Shown here: positions 27,201 to 36,380 of the stretch, piece by piece | Layout of the letters: every line of letters begins with the position of its first letter | How positions within the stretch are numbered: the first letter of the stretch is position 1 | Assembly: GCA_041664425.1 (NCBI GenBank) | Contig: JBAYKU010000003.1 | Location: forward strand, 3,373-67,372 | DNA from: Minisyncoccota bacterium | GTDB lineage: Bacteria; Patescibacteriota; Minisyncoccia; Phycocordibacterales; XYD1-FULL-46-19 | Direction of reading: 5' to 3' | Length of the DNA: 64,000 nt | Notes under the pieces: generated by a model | Databases searched by the model: none | Seen by the model: the letters and a program-made list of their open reading frames with translations, nothing else | What the model was told of the DNA's origin: nothing | Program-made: the position numbers and the translations under genes

Positions 27201-27659
27201 ATGACATCAAGCTTTATTACTTCGCCAATCGATATGGCCAAGCGCCAAAAACTCGGTCTCAAAGCCGGGATGACTGTTCGTGTCTGGCAGAAAATTCAAG
27301 AAAAGGGTAAAACTCGCTTGCAGGCCTATGAAGGTCTGATTATTGCTTGTAAACATGGCAAAGAAGCCGGCTCAACTTTCACGGTTCGCCGAGTCGCTTC
27401 AGGGGTAGGGATGGAAAAGATTTTTCCACTTTACTCACCAAATATTGATAAGATTGAAATTTTGAAAGAAGCCAAGACCCGTCGTTCCAAACTCTATTTC
27501 ATTCGCGACAAGGCTGCCCGTGAGATCCGTCGCCGAATGCGCGGTGTGGTTCGCAAAAAGACTGCCAAGGATGATGACGAGCTCGTCGAGCAAGTGATCG
27601 AAGGTGTCGCTCTCGAAAATCCAGTGGAGATCGAGGAAGTGGCTGAAACCAAAGAATAA
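27201..27659 (+). CDS. rplS: 50S ribosomal protein L19 (with acidic C-terminal extension)
   Basis: VRVWQKIQEKGKTRLQAYEGLIIA...FTVRRV...EKIFPLYSPNI. Confidence 0.85.
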   Translation: MTSSFITSPIDMAKRQKLGLKAGMTVRVWQKIQEKGKTRLQAYEGLIIACKHGKEAGSTFTVRRVASGVGMEKIFPLYSPNIDKIEILKEAKTRRSKLYFIRDKAAREIRRRMRGVVRKKTAKDDDELVEQVIEGVALENPVEIEEVAETKE

Positions 27660-27767
27660 TTAAAACAAAAAAACCACCGAGCAGGCTCGGTGGTTTTTTG
27701 TTTTTGTTCGGCCAATATACTGGTATATACTATTGCTTGAGGATAAATTTGGAGTTAAAATAGATGG

Positions 27768-28442
27768 ATGGGTAAAAGAGGTCCAAAACCGAAAGGGGTT
27801 GTAGATACCAAATGGTCAGCAGACCTGGCCTATGCTATAGGCTTGCTGTCCTCTGATGGATGTCTTTCTTCTGATGGTAGACATATAACTCTAGTTTCAA
27901 AAGATGAAGAACAAATAGTGAATTTTCTAAATTGCCTTAAAATTGAACTCAAAATAGGTAAAACTTACAATGGTTCCAAGGATAAGAGAGTCTATTATCG
28001 TGTGCAAGTAGGTGATGTATTATTTTACAATTTTTTGTTAGAGCTTGGACTTGCCTCTGCTAAATCAAAAACTATTAGTTCTTTAAAAATTCCTGACAAA
28101 TACTTTTTTGATTTCTTAAGAGGGTCTTTTGATGGTGACGGTTGTTTTTATTCCTATTGGGATCCGCGCTGGAAATCTAGTTTTATGTTTTACACTAGTT
28201 TTATTTCTGCCAGTAAAGAACATATTAATTGGCTGCGAGACGAAATATTTAAGAGATTAAAAATTAAAGGTCATATCACTAAGGCTAAGAAAATGAATAT
28301 TTATTATCAGCTTAAATATGCTAAAAGTGATTCTTTGAAGGTGCTAAGAAAGATTTATCAGCCAAATAAGGTCGTGGTATGTCTATCTCGAAAAAGATTG
28401 AAAATTGACCAAGCTTTAGGCATAATAGGGAACAGTCTATAA
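27768..28442 (+). CDS. LAGLIDADG homing endonuclease (two LAGLIDADG motifs), free-standing, ends 4 nt before tRNA-Leu
   Basis: LAYAIGLLSSDGCL and FDFLRGSFDGDGCF motifs. Confidence 0.7.
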   Translation: MGKRGPKPKGVVDTKWSADLAYAIGLLSSDGCLSSDGRHITLVSKDEEQIVNFLNCLKIELKIGKTYNGSKDKRVYYRVQVGDVLFYNFLLELGLASAKSKTISSLKIPDKYFFDFLRGSFDGDGCFYSYWDPRWKSSFMFYTSFISASKEHINWLRDEIFKRLKIKGHITKAKKMNIYYQLKYAKSDSLKVLRKIYQPNKVVVCLSRKRLKIDQALGIIGNSL

Positions 28443-28446
28443 AAAT

Positions 28447-28530
28447 GCGCGAGTGGCGAAGTTGGTAGACGCGATACCTTGAGGTGGTATTGGGAGTAAT
28501 CCCGTGGAGGTTCGAGTCCTCTCTCGCGCA
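28447..28530 (+). tRNA. tRNA-Leu (anticodon GAG), long variable arm
   Basis: GCGCGAG...ATACC TTGAGGT GGTAT...variable arm...GGTTCGAGTCC...CTCGCGCA. Confidence 0.8.
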
Positions 28531-28664
28531 CAATGTGTAAAAAAGCCTAAATCAGGCCTTTTTCTGTAAAAGGATGTTGGTTTGCTTTTTTTATATTGTG
28601 TGATATAATATGTATTAGATAAGTGGTCTTAAACAGCTGTCGCTAGGCGACCAGGAGGTGTTTA

Positions 28665-29021
28665 GTGAGAAAGCCTATCTATCTGTACAGGGTTTACCTC
28701 CAACTTCTTGCCACTGGCAAGGTGGCTAAGTTTGGGGAGACCATGGCTGTATCGGAAGCCGAAGCAGAGAATCATCTCCGTTTCCGGGAGTACGGCGAGC
28801 TCTCGATCGAGCGACTGGAATCGGAGAAGGGTCTCCGGCTGGTCGCAGCCAGGGTTGGTACGACCAAGGCGATGAAGCTGGCCCAGTTGACTGGCGAGTT
28901 ACCTCCGGCCCCCAAGGTCCGTCAGCACCGCCAAGCGCCGGCCCAGCAGTTTTTTGCTGGCACCGGGTTCGGTCTTGCCGAACCACCGACTCGTCCTCAT
29001 CGAGTCCGTCGCCATGACTAA
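28665..29021 (+). CDS. hypothetical protein, strongly GC-rich (compositionally foreign) ORF with its own promoter, GGAGG RBS, GTG start and terminator
   Basis: ORF plus regulatory signals read from sequence; no recognisable domain. Confidence 0.4.
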   Translation: MRKPIYLYRVYLQLLATGKVAKFGETMAVSEAEAENHLRFREYGELSIERLESEKGLRLVAARVGTTKAMKLAQLTGELPPAPKVRQHRQAPAQQFFAGTGFGLAEPPTRPHRVRRHD

Positions 29022-29121
29022 GCGGCGACTCCCTTGCAAGAGCGTAGGCAGAAACAGATCACTCGATTCTGTTCCGGCCCACGCTCTTTATTTTTTGCCA
29101 AAATTGTGATAAAACAAACCT

Positions 29122-29670
29122 ATGCTTTATACGACCAATGGTGATGATGGTAAGACAGGCCTTTTTGGTTGTGATCAACGGATTTCTAAAAGTTCCGCGA
29201 TTGCCGAAGCTTTGGGCTGTCTCGATGAAATCAATTCGCTTTTAGGTTGGTGTAAAGTAAAAGCTGGCGATAAGTCTTTCAAGGTTGGCACAGTGGGGAT
29301 TGCCGCTATGATTGATGAAGTTCAACAAGATCTTTTTATCATTCAGGCCCAATTAGCCGGTGCTCCAAAGGTTTTGCCAGTAGAGAGAATAAAAGTCATG
29401 GAGAGTTTGATTGGTGAGATTGAAAAAATTCTACCACCGATTAAAACTTTTTTTGTGGCTGGTGGTACCGAGTTGGCGGCTATCTTTGATCACGCTCGCA
29501 CGGTGGCTCGACGGGCTGAGAGGCGAGTGATTGCCGCTCATGAAGAAGGCCTAGTTAAAATTTCTCAAGAAAGTTTAGCTTTGCTCAATCGTCTATCGTC
29601 CCTACTCTATGCTTTGGCTCGTTTAGCCAATCATGATAGTGGGGTGAATGAAGAAGCTCCGAGGTATTAA
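29122..29670 (+). CDS. ATP:cob(I)alamin adenosyltransferase, PduO type
   Basis: MLYTTNGDDGKTGLFGCDQRISKSSAIAEALGCLDEINSLLG family-typical N-terminus. Confidence 0.8.
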   Translation: MLYTTNGDDGKTGLFGCDQRISKSSAIAEALGCLDEINSLLGWCKVKAGDKSFKVGTVGIAAMIDEVQQDLFIIQAQLAGAPKVLPVERIKVMESLIGEIEKILPPIKTFFVAGGTELAAIFDHARTVARRAERRVIAAHEEGLVKISQESLALLNRLSSLLYALARLANHDSGVNEEAPRY

Positions 29671-29760
29671 CCCGCTTAAGTTTTTGAATTAGAATCCGCC
29701 ATGGGGCGGATATTTTTATAAAACATTGGGAATTGTACCGAGTTTGATTATCCACAGTAG

Positions 29761-30303
29761 ATGGTGTTTACTTGCAGGATATTTGGCAGTATTATTAAAT
29801 ATATGCCAATAGTCAGTTGTGAAATTTGTTCAAAAGAATTTTATTCTAAACCGTCTTGGATAGAAAGGGGGAAGGGGAAGTTTTGTTCGAGAGTTTGTTC
29901 CTCCTTGGCAAAGAGAAACGGAAAAGATATTAAATGTTTTTCTTGCGGTAAGGGAGCTTATAAACCGTTAAAAGATTTAAATAATTCAAAGAGTAAAAAT
30001 TATTTTTGTAGTAAAAAGTGCAGCCTGTCTTGGAATAATTCCTTACATTTTGGAGATAATAGTGTTAATTGGAAAGGGGGAAGATTTTCTTATAAAAAAA
30101 TTATTGAACGAAATGGATTGCCTCAAGTTTGTGTCTTGTGTGGAAAAAATAATACAAAAATTCTCTCAGTTCACCATCTCGACCAAAACAGAAGCAATAA
30201 TGATATAAAAAATTTAGTTTGGCTTTGTCAAAACTGTCATTTTTTGGTTCATCACTATTCAGAAGAAAAACAAAATCTATTTAGTAAGTATGCCAATCAA
30301 TAA
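29761..30303 (+). CDS. HNH endonuclease with three N-terminal CxxC...FCSxxC zinc-ribbon repeats (paralog 1)
   Basis: repeats CEICSKEF...FCSRVCS / CFSCGKGAY...FCSKKCS; C-terminal VHHLDQNRSNNDIKNLVWLCQNCHFLVH. Confidence 0.6.
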   Translation: MVFTCRIFGSIIKYMPIVSCEICSKEFYSKPSWIERGKGKFCSRVCSSLAKRNGKDIKCFSCGKGAYKPLKDLNNSKSKNYFCSKKCSLSWNNSLHFGDNSVNWKGGRFSYKKIIERNGLPQVCVLCGKNNTKILSVHHLDQNRSNNDIKNLVWLCQNCHFLVHHYSEEKQNLFSKYANQ

Positions 30304-30796
30304 AAAGTGCGAAATGTGCCATCAAGTATTTCACCCCAAACCAGCCAATGTTAAAAAGGGCTGGGGTAAATTTTGTTCGGCTAAATGCCAATACCAATCT
30401 TTTAAAAAGGGGGTTGTTAAAAAATGCTTTGTTTGTCATAAGGAAGTCTATTTAACTCCCAGTCGTTTTAAAAATTCAAAAAGTGGTAGGTTTTTTTGTG
30501 GCAAATCATGCCAGACCAAATGGCGTAATCAGGAATTTAGTGGTGATAAAAGCAAATTATGGAAAAATGGCCGCTCGACTTATCGTGATGTGATGTTAAA
30601 AAGTTCTACCAGTCGGAAGTGTAGACTCTGTGATGAAAAGGATTTTAGAGTGTTGGCGGTCCATCATGTGGACCAAAACCGAAAAAATTACAGGCTTGAA
30701 AATCTAGTTTGGCTGTGCCATAATTGCCATCACCTTGTCCATTCTGATAGTATGGAAAGGTTGAGTTTAAGCGAGATTTTGGAGATTGCAAGATAA
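30290..30796 (+). CDS. HNH endonuclease with zinc-ribbon repeats (paralog 2, tandem duplicate)
   Basis: same architecture; AVHHVDQNRKNYRLENLVWLCHNCHHLVH. Confidence 0.6.
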   Translation: MPINKKCEMCHQVFHPKPANVKKGWGKFCSAKCQYQSFKKGVVKKCFVCHKEVYLTPSRFKNSKSGRFFCGKSCQTKWRNQEFSGDKSKLWKNGRSTYRDVMLKSSTSRKCRLCDEKDFRVLAVHHVDQNRKNYRLENLVWLCHNCHHLVHSDSMERLSLSEILEIAR

Positions 30797-30803
30797 ATAT
30801 GAT

Positions 30804-30876
30804 GGCGGTCATCGTCCAGTGGTTAGGACTTTGCTCTGTGGCAGCAAAAACGTGAGTTCGAATCTCACTGATCGCC
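30804..30876 (+). tRNA. tRNA-His (anticodon GTG) with encoded G-1
   Basis: G-GCGGTCA...TTGCT CTGTGGC AGCAA...GTTCGAATCTCAC TGATCGC C. Confidence 0.75.
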
Positions 30877-30943
30877 CACCTAAATTTTCTCAAGGCCATT
30901 ATTTTAGAGTGACTTTTGACGAGTATCTTGTTAAAATTCAGTT

Positions 30944-31420
30944 ATGAAAATGAAATCTGATTGGCTCAAACTGATTACGGCGATTGTCGTTGTCCAGCTA
31001 GCTGGTTTTATTGGTTCGATTTATACTACCCCGTCGATTGATAGTTGGTTTAATCTTTTACAAAAACCCCTACTATCTCCGCCTAATTGGGTTTTTGCGC
31101 CAGTTTGGACCATCCTATTTCTCTTGATGGGAATTTCTGCTTGGTTGATTTGGAAGCGGGGATTGGGGAAAAAGGAACGCTTAGCTTTGAGTGTTTTCTT
31201 GTTTCAACTAGTTTTGAACGTTTGGTGGTCAATTATTTTCTTTGGTTGGCACAATCTCGGTTTGGCTGTTTTAGAAATAATTGCTCTCTGGTTGTCGATT
31301 GTTTGGACCATTAGAGTTTTTAATCGCTTGTCACCTCTAGCCGCTCGACTACTATGGCCGTATCTGATCTGGGTTTCTTTTGCTTCATACTTAACCATCG
31401 CTTTTTGGTGGTTAAATTAG
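30944..31420 (+). CDS. TspO/MBR family tryptophan-rich sensory protein
   Basis: five TM helices, W-rich family-typical sequence. Confidence 0.75.
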   Translation: MKMKSDWLKLITAIVVVQLAGFIGSIYTTPSIDSWFNLLQKPLLSPPNWVFAPVWTILFLLMGISAWLIWKRGLGKKERLALSVFLFQLVLNVWWSIIFFGWHNLGLAVLEIIALWLSIVWTIRVFNRLSPLAARLLWPYLIWVSFASYLTIAFWWLN

Positions 31421-31453
31421 AAAATTAATAATTAATAAAATAAAATAAAAAAT

Positions 31454-31834
31454 ATGAGTGGCTACGTAGATAATATTGAGAAAAAAAGTCAGTACAATGA
31501 TAATTTTCGAGAAGTCCTTTTTACTTCTGGCAAAATGCAGTTAGTCGTTATGAAATTAAATGCGGGCGAAGATATTGGTGAAGAGGTCCATGATAAAGTT
31601 GATCAATTTATCCGTGTTGAATCTGGTGAGGGCATGGCTGTCCTCGATGGAGAGGAAACCAAGATTTATGATGGTTTCGCGGTGGTGATTCCAGCTGGTA
31701 CCAAGCATAACATCATCAACCAGGGTGTGGATGCAATGAAGCTCTATACTATCTATACTCCACCACAGCACCGCGAACGTACTGTTCACGCGACTAAGGC
31801 TGATGCTATCGCTGATGAGGGGGATCATTACTAA
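31454..31834 (+). CDS. cupin domain protein
   Basis: GEETKIYDGFAVVIPAGTKHNIIN cupin motif 2. Confidence 0.6.
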   Translation: MSGYVDNIEKKSQYNDNFREVLFTSGKMQLVVMKLNAGEDIGEEVHDKVDQFIRVESGEGMAVLDGEETKIYDGFAVVIPAGTKHNIINQGVDAMKLYTIYTPPQHRERTVHATKADAIADEGDHY

Positions 31835-31848
31835 AAAATAGAATCCGC

Positions 31849-31885
31849 GACCGCCCCATTGGGTCGGTCGCGGATTTTTTGTTGT
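31849..31885. terminator. bidirectional terminator hairpin (aatccgcgaccgaccc...gggtcggtcgcggatt)
   Basis: long perfect stem between convergent genes. Confidence 0.6.
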
Positions 31886-31897
31886 GGCAGGTCTTCC

Positions 31898-32236
31898 CTA
31901 GTACGGGATGACTTCTTGGAAGTTGTTGGTCGGGACTCCGACCAGAGCTACCCATAAGTCGTCGTCATACTGTTTTTCGAACTCGTTGAGTTTGACGAAG
32001 AAACCCGTTTGCCACCTCTTGATCTGTTTCCATGGTCGCCAGACGATGGCCGTTTCGCAACTGGCGTTCAATCGAGCGAACACCTTGTCCCCATCAATGA
32101 AGTGTCCATAGATGGTTACCCTCGTGCCACTCAGAGTAAGCACCGACTTGACCGTGCCCACCCCGCCACACTTTTCCTGCAGTTTGGTCTCTAGGTATCC
32201 CAGTACAGCGTCCTTCTTTTTCGTTGCTTCCCACAT
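31898..32236 (-). CDS. hypothetical protein (GC-elevated ORF with GGAGG RBS)
   Basis: ORF with RBS; no recognisable motif. Confidence 0.35.
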   Translation of the reverse strand: MWEATKKKDAVLGYLETKLQEKCGGVGTVKSVLTLSGTRVTIYGHFIDGDKVFARLNASCETAIVWRPWKQIKRWQTGFFVKLNEFEKQYDDDLWVALVGVPTNNFQEVIPY

Positions 32237-32346
32237 GGCGAACCCTCCTTTTTTGTCTATATATTAAATTAACACAAAAAATTTTTGTTGCCAGCTATTT
32301 GATATATAATCGTTGGTAGGGGGTTTAATCGCTAATTGAAATCGAC

Positions 32347-32589
32347 ATGCGTTTTTCAATCGTTGTGTTGTTGCTGGGTATTATCTTTTTGCTGCGTAAT
32401 TTGGGATTTTTAATGCCAATTGCCAACTGGGATATTGTCTGGCCGATTCTGTTGATTGCCCTGGGCTTGATTATGATGTTCAAGAAGAGAGGTTGCCGTG
32501 GTTGTCATGGCATGGGCGGTGCTTGTAAATGCAAATGCTGCCAATCTCAAGGCTGTTCTTCTTGTAAGGATGGCACTTGCCAGACATAG
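32347..32589 (+). CDS. small membrane protein with two TM helices and a C-terminal Cys-rich (metal-binding-like) tail
   Basis: GCRGCHGMGGACKCKCCQSQGCSSCKDGTCQT tail. Confidence 0.5.
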   Translation: MRFSIVVLLLGIIFLLRNLGFLMPIANWDIVWPILLIALGLIMMFKKRGCRGCHGMGGACKCKCCQSQGCSSCKDGTCQT

Positions 32590-32638
32590 TTAAACCAAAA
32601 CTAAAACGCGCGCCCTCGGGCGCGCGTTTTAGTTTTAG

Positions 32639-32992
32639 TTATTTATCATTATCACCCTCACTACTACCTCTCTCTTCTATAAATTTTCTGATTTTTAACA
32701 TGTCTTCCTGGGAAAGTTCAGAAAAAGTAAAACCAGCGAGAAAAATATCGGAATCATCTATTTTATTTATCCAGGCTACAATAGCGACACATTTAATATT
32801 TGCTACTTCTGGGCTGAGAGTAAAAGATAACTCATAACGAGAGTCGGGGGTGAAGCGACGGTGACTGCGGAGTCTAAAACCGGTCTCGCTGATATCTAGA
32901 GATTCTGCTCGAATCTCTTTGTCATCACCATTAACAGCGACAGTAAAATTGCAGTTGGTGCGAAAAGACCTTCGTCGTTCTTCATTATTCAT
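32639..32992 (-). CDS. PilZ domain protein (c-di-GMP-binding-like)
   Basis: RRSFR ... DISETG PilZ motifs. Confidence 0.55.
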   Translation of the reverse strand: MNNEERRRSFRTNCNFTVAVNGDDKEIRAESLDISETGFRLRSHRRFTPDSRYELSFTLSPEVANIKCVAIVAWINKIDDSDIFLAGFTFSELSQEDMLKIRKFIEERGSSEGDNDK

Positions 32993-33052
32993 TTAGTAAG
33001 TATATCTCTCGAAACAAGCAACGTCCATTATTTTTGAGTTTTAGACAAAATT

Positions 33053-33823
33053 TTGCTACAGTTTCTTCGTATGACAGAAAACAATCTAACAAAATACGAA
33101 AAACATCAGCTGGAAAAAGCTGATCGAGAAAAAGCAGATAAAAGTCAAAAACGTCAGCGTCAGATCTGGCGCTACCTTTTATGGTTGTCGGCCGGGCTTT
33201 TGATTGTAGTGACTGTTTGGCAAGTCAATCGTTTGGTTTCTGGCAATAGTAAAATCTCACCAACCGCTACCAGTTCCTCTTTAGCCTTAACGGTTAAAGA
33301 TGGTGATTGGATAATGGGAGCCACCACCTCGCCAGTGGTCCTGATTGAGTATAGTGATTTCCAGTGTCCCGCTTGTGCTGAATATAATGATTTAGTTGAA
33401 CAACTTAAAAAAGATTACCCGGATAAATTAACCGTTGTTTACCGGCATTATCCTTGGTTTTTCCATGAGCATGCTATGAGTGCGGCTTTGGTGGCCGAGG
33501 CTGCCGGACAGCAAGGGAAATTTTGGGCCATGCACGATCTGTTGTTTAAAAATCAAAATGAGTGGTCGGCTGGAAAAGGTTCGGAGTCGTTTAACAAATA
33601 TGCCAATCAATATGCGATTAGACTCGGTCTAGATCAAACCTTGTTTACAAAAGATTTAGCCAACCCGGTCTGGCGTCAGAAAATAGAAGCCCAGCTGGCA
33701 GAGGGGAAGAGTCTGGGGATAGATTATACGCCAGCCTTCGCTATTAATGGTAAAATAATTACAAATCCAAAAAGTTATGAAGAATTCCGACAAGTTATTG
33801 ACCAAGTCCTCAAAAGCCAATAA
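33053..33823 (+). CDS. DsbA-like thiol:disulfide oxidoreductase (membrane anchored, CPAC active site)
   Basis: FQCPACAEY thioredoxin-fold motif. Confidence 0.75.
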   Translation: MLQFLRMTENNLTKYEKHQLEKADREKADKSQKRQRQIWRYLLWLSAGLLIVVTVWQVNRLVSGNSKISPTATSSSLALTVKDGDWIMGATTSPVVLIEYSDFQCPACAEYNDLVEQLKKDYPDKLTVVYRHYPWFFHEHAMSAALVAEAAGQQGKFWAMHDLLFKNQNEWSAGKGSESFNKYANQYAIRLGLDQTLFTKDLANPVWRQKIEAQLAEGKSLGIDYTPAFAINGKIITNPKSYEEFRQVIDQVLKSQ

Positions 33824-34241
33824 GTGGTATATACCACTTATTGCGATACTTTCTTTTGGTGGTTTTGTTGATGCTAGCTATCTAACCATTTCTCATTTTA
33901 AAGGGGCCTCTCTTTTTTGTAATTTATCCACTGGTTGTGATCAGGTCACCACTAGTGCCTACTCAACAATTCTAGGTGTGCCCGTAGCCATGCTGGGATT
34001 GTTTTTTTATCTTTTCACCTTTATTTTGGTGGTGGCTTATTTTGATACCAAAAAAGATTTTCTGTTTAAAATCATTTTAGTCTTGTCGGCTTTATCTTTT
34101 TGCTTCTCACTTTGGTTTGTTGGAGTAATGGCTTTTGTTATTGGGGCTTGGTGTCAGTATTGTTTGGTCTCTGCGGTTCTCTCGACCACGATTTTTGTTG
34201 CCAGCTTGTTCCGATATCGACTAGGGCGAACAGAGGGCTAG
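33777..34241 (+). CDS. vitamin K epoxide reductase (VKOR) family protein
   Basis: TM helices with CxxC (CNLSTGC) and the C-terminal CQYC motif; pairs with the DsbA-like gene. Confidence 0.7.
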   Translation: MKNSDKLLTKSSKANKWYIPLIAILSFGGFVDASYLTISHFKGASLFCNLSTGCDQVTTSAYSTILGVPVAMLGLFFYLFTFILVVAYFDTKKDFLFKIILVLSALSFCFSLWFVGVMAFVIGAWCQYCLVSAVLSTTIFVASLFRYRLGRTEG

Positions 34242-34313
34242 TTTTGACATTTACTGGCAAAAGGGGTAATATTATCTAAAGCCCCGCGGGGCATTTTTAA
34301 ATACAACAAATAT

Positions 34314-34496
34314 ATGTCACTCATCAATTATCTCAAGGATACTAAGACCGAAATGAAGCATGTTAGCTGGCCGACTCAAAGCCAAGTGATTAATTTCACT
34401 TTGTTAGTTTTGGGTTTGTCTATCGGGACCGGTATTTTACTCGGCGCTTTTGATGTTATTTTTACTAGCGGTCTCAAGACCATTATTTTTAAATAA
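34314..34496 (+). CDS. secE: preprotein translocase subunit SecE
   Basis: size, single C-terminal TM, conserved secE-nusG-rplK order. Confidence 0.75.
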   Translation: MSLINYLKDTKTEMKHVSWPTQSQVINFTLLVLGLSIGTGILLGAFDVIFTSGLKTIIFK

Positions 34497-34498
34497 AT

Positions 34499-35044
34499 AT
34501 GGCTAGACAGGAACTAAATCAAGGTCGGAATTGGTATGCGATCCATACTTATTCTGGTTATGAAAATGCGGTCGCGCGCAACCTTAAACAGCGTATCGAA
34601 TCTCTAGGCATGGAAGATAAAATCTTCAATGTCATTGTTCCGGTGGAGAAAAAGGCAAAAATCAAAGCGGGTAAGCGGGTGGTGTTGGAAGAAAAAATTT
34701 ACCCGGGCTATGTTTTGGTGGACATGGTAGTGACTGATGATTCTTGGTATGTGGTCCGCAACACTCCACGCGTGACTGGTTTTATTGGCTCAGGTGTGGT
34801 GCCAGTACCATTAGAAATTAAAGAAATCGAAGAACTCTTTTCTCGTATGGGTGATGAGAGTATCAAACACAAGATTGACTTGGTGGTGGGCGAGACTGTG
34901 TCGATTGTCGATGGTCCGTTTAAGGATTTTGAGGGGAAGGTTAGCGAAATCGATGAAGAGAGAGGTAAGGTTAAAGTTTTGGTTTCGATGTTTGGTCGCG
35001 AGACTCCCGTCGAACTCGATTTCTTGCAGGTCAAGCACATTTAA
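34499..35044 (+). CDS. nusG: transcription antiterminator NusG
   Basis: NGN domain WYAIHTYSGYE, KOW motif. Confidence 0.85.
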   Translation: MARQELNQGRNWYAIHTYSGYENAVARNLKQRIESLGMEDKIFNVIVPVEKKAKIKAGKRVVLEEKIYPGYVLVDMVVTDDSWYVVRNTPRVTGFIGSGVVPVPLEIKEIEELFSRMGDESIKHKIDLVVGETVSIVDGPFKDFEGKVSEIDEERGKVKVLVSMFGRETPVELDFLQVKHI

Positions 35045-35106
35045 AGGAAAGGTTGATAAAATACCGTTTTTATTATAGGATGGCAAAGTTCAATAAATAA
35101 TCACTT

Positions 35107-35532
35107 ATGGCAAAGAAAGTAGAAAAGAAAATCAAATTACAGATCCCAGCCGGTAAAGCTAACCCGGCACCTCCTGTTGGTACCGCTCTCGGTCCAGCCG
35201 GTGTTAATATTGGTGATTTCGTTCAGAAATTCAACGCTGCTACTGCCGAAATGATCGGCTCTATTATTCCAGTCGAAATCTCCGTCTATGCTGATCGTAG
35301 TTTCGACTTCATCTTGAAGACCCCACCAGCTTCTGACTTTTTACTCAAAGCCGCTAAAATTGAGAAAGGTTCTGGTAAAAACTTAGTTAGCCGAGCGGGC
35401 AAAGTCACTCGCGCTCAATTGCGAGAAATCGCCGAGAAAAAGATGTCTGATTTGACCGCCAGTAGTGTCGAACAAGCCATGAAAACTATCGAAGGTTCGG
35501 CTCGTTCTATGGGTTTGGAAGTCACTGATTAA
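35107..35532 (+). CDS. rplK: 50S ribosomal protein L11
   Basis: [28 protein letters not shown]. Confidence 0.9.
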   Translation: MAKKVEKKIKLQIPAGKANPAPPVGTALGPAGVNIGDFVQKFNAATAEMIGSIIPVEISVYADRSFDFILKTPPASDFLLKAAKIEKGSGKNLVSRAGKVTRAQLREIAEKKMSDLTASSVEQAMKTIEGSARSMGLEVTD

Positions 35533-35684
35533 ATTTCAATACAAGACCGGCGCCAGCGCAAGCTGGCGCCGGTCTGTCGTTTGGGCTAATTTTAGGGTGG
35601 ATTTTGTTGACAATTGGATAGGGAAATAGAGGTTAAGCCCCTTGGGCATCAAAAACATAAAAGGAAAAAAGGAGGGTTGTAATC

Positions 35685-36380
35685 GTGGACTCGAAAGATT
35701 TAGGTGCACTACTTCGTGGAGAAAAAATCTCCACCCCACAGCGTGTGATCAAAGGCCTGCAGGAGCTGGCAGAGGTGGTCAAATACCTTCGCCTGTTTGG
35801 TTTCAAGATTTCTTCAACGACCGGTGTTTGGGACCTGTTCCATATTGGTCACGGTCGTTACCTCGAACAAATGCGTGCTCAGGGACATATAAGTATCGTC
35901 GAAGTTGATTCTGATGAAGTGGTCCGAATGCGTAAACCTGACGACTTGCACCGTCCAATCGTTCCATTGGATGAAAGAATCGAAATGCTTTCGTTCGTTC
36001 GTCCAGTAGATCTGATTTATCCGCTGATGGCAGGGGAGGATCCAATTGAGTTCATTCGAGTTATGAGACCGGATGCATTCATTGTGTCTGAAACATCGGC
36101 AGATTCCAAGGAAGAATACCTGTCTCAGGTGCGTGATCATTGTGGAGAGGTGGTTGTGCTGCCAGCCCAAGCGGCCATTTCTACTACTCGGCGTATACAA
36201 TATATGATGATGGCTGGTGGAATCGAGAGGCTGGTAGAAGTTCGCGACTCGATCACTAGAATGATTGGTGCTGCTCATGGTGATGGCGATATCAAGAACC
36301 CTAAACACGATGAAGTTGCACGTAGTTCTGTTGTGAGTGAACTAACCTTAGGGAATCAAGAAAAGGAAGGTAAACGATGA
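35685..36380 (+). CDS. nucleotidyltransferase of the cytidylyltransferase-like (HxGH) superfamily, function unknown
   Basis: GVWDLFHIGHGRYLEQ (HxGH) motif; first gene of the GC-rich thymidylate island. Confidence 0.45.
   Translation: MDSKDLGALLRGEKISTPQRVIKGLQELAEVVKYLRLFGFKISSTTGVWDLFHIGHGRYLEQMRAQGHISIVEVDSDEVVRMRKPDDLHRPIVPLDERIEMLSFVRPVDLIYPLMAGEDPIEFIRVMRPDAFIVSETSADSKEEYLSQVRDHCGEVVVLPAQAAISTTRRIQYMMMAGGIERLVEVRDSITRMIGAAHGDGDIKNPKHDEVARSSVVSELTLGNQEKEGKR

Noticed and set aside
28690-28800. SRP RNA domain-IV-like motif (cggaagccgaagcagag) inside the GC-rich ORF
   Set aside because: The match is only partial to GGAAGCAGCC, there is no flanking helix consistent with 4.5S RNA, and the region has good coding signals (RBS, start, terminator).
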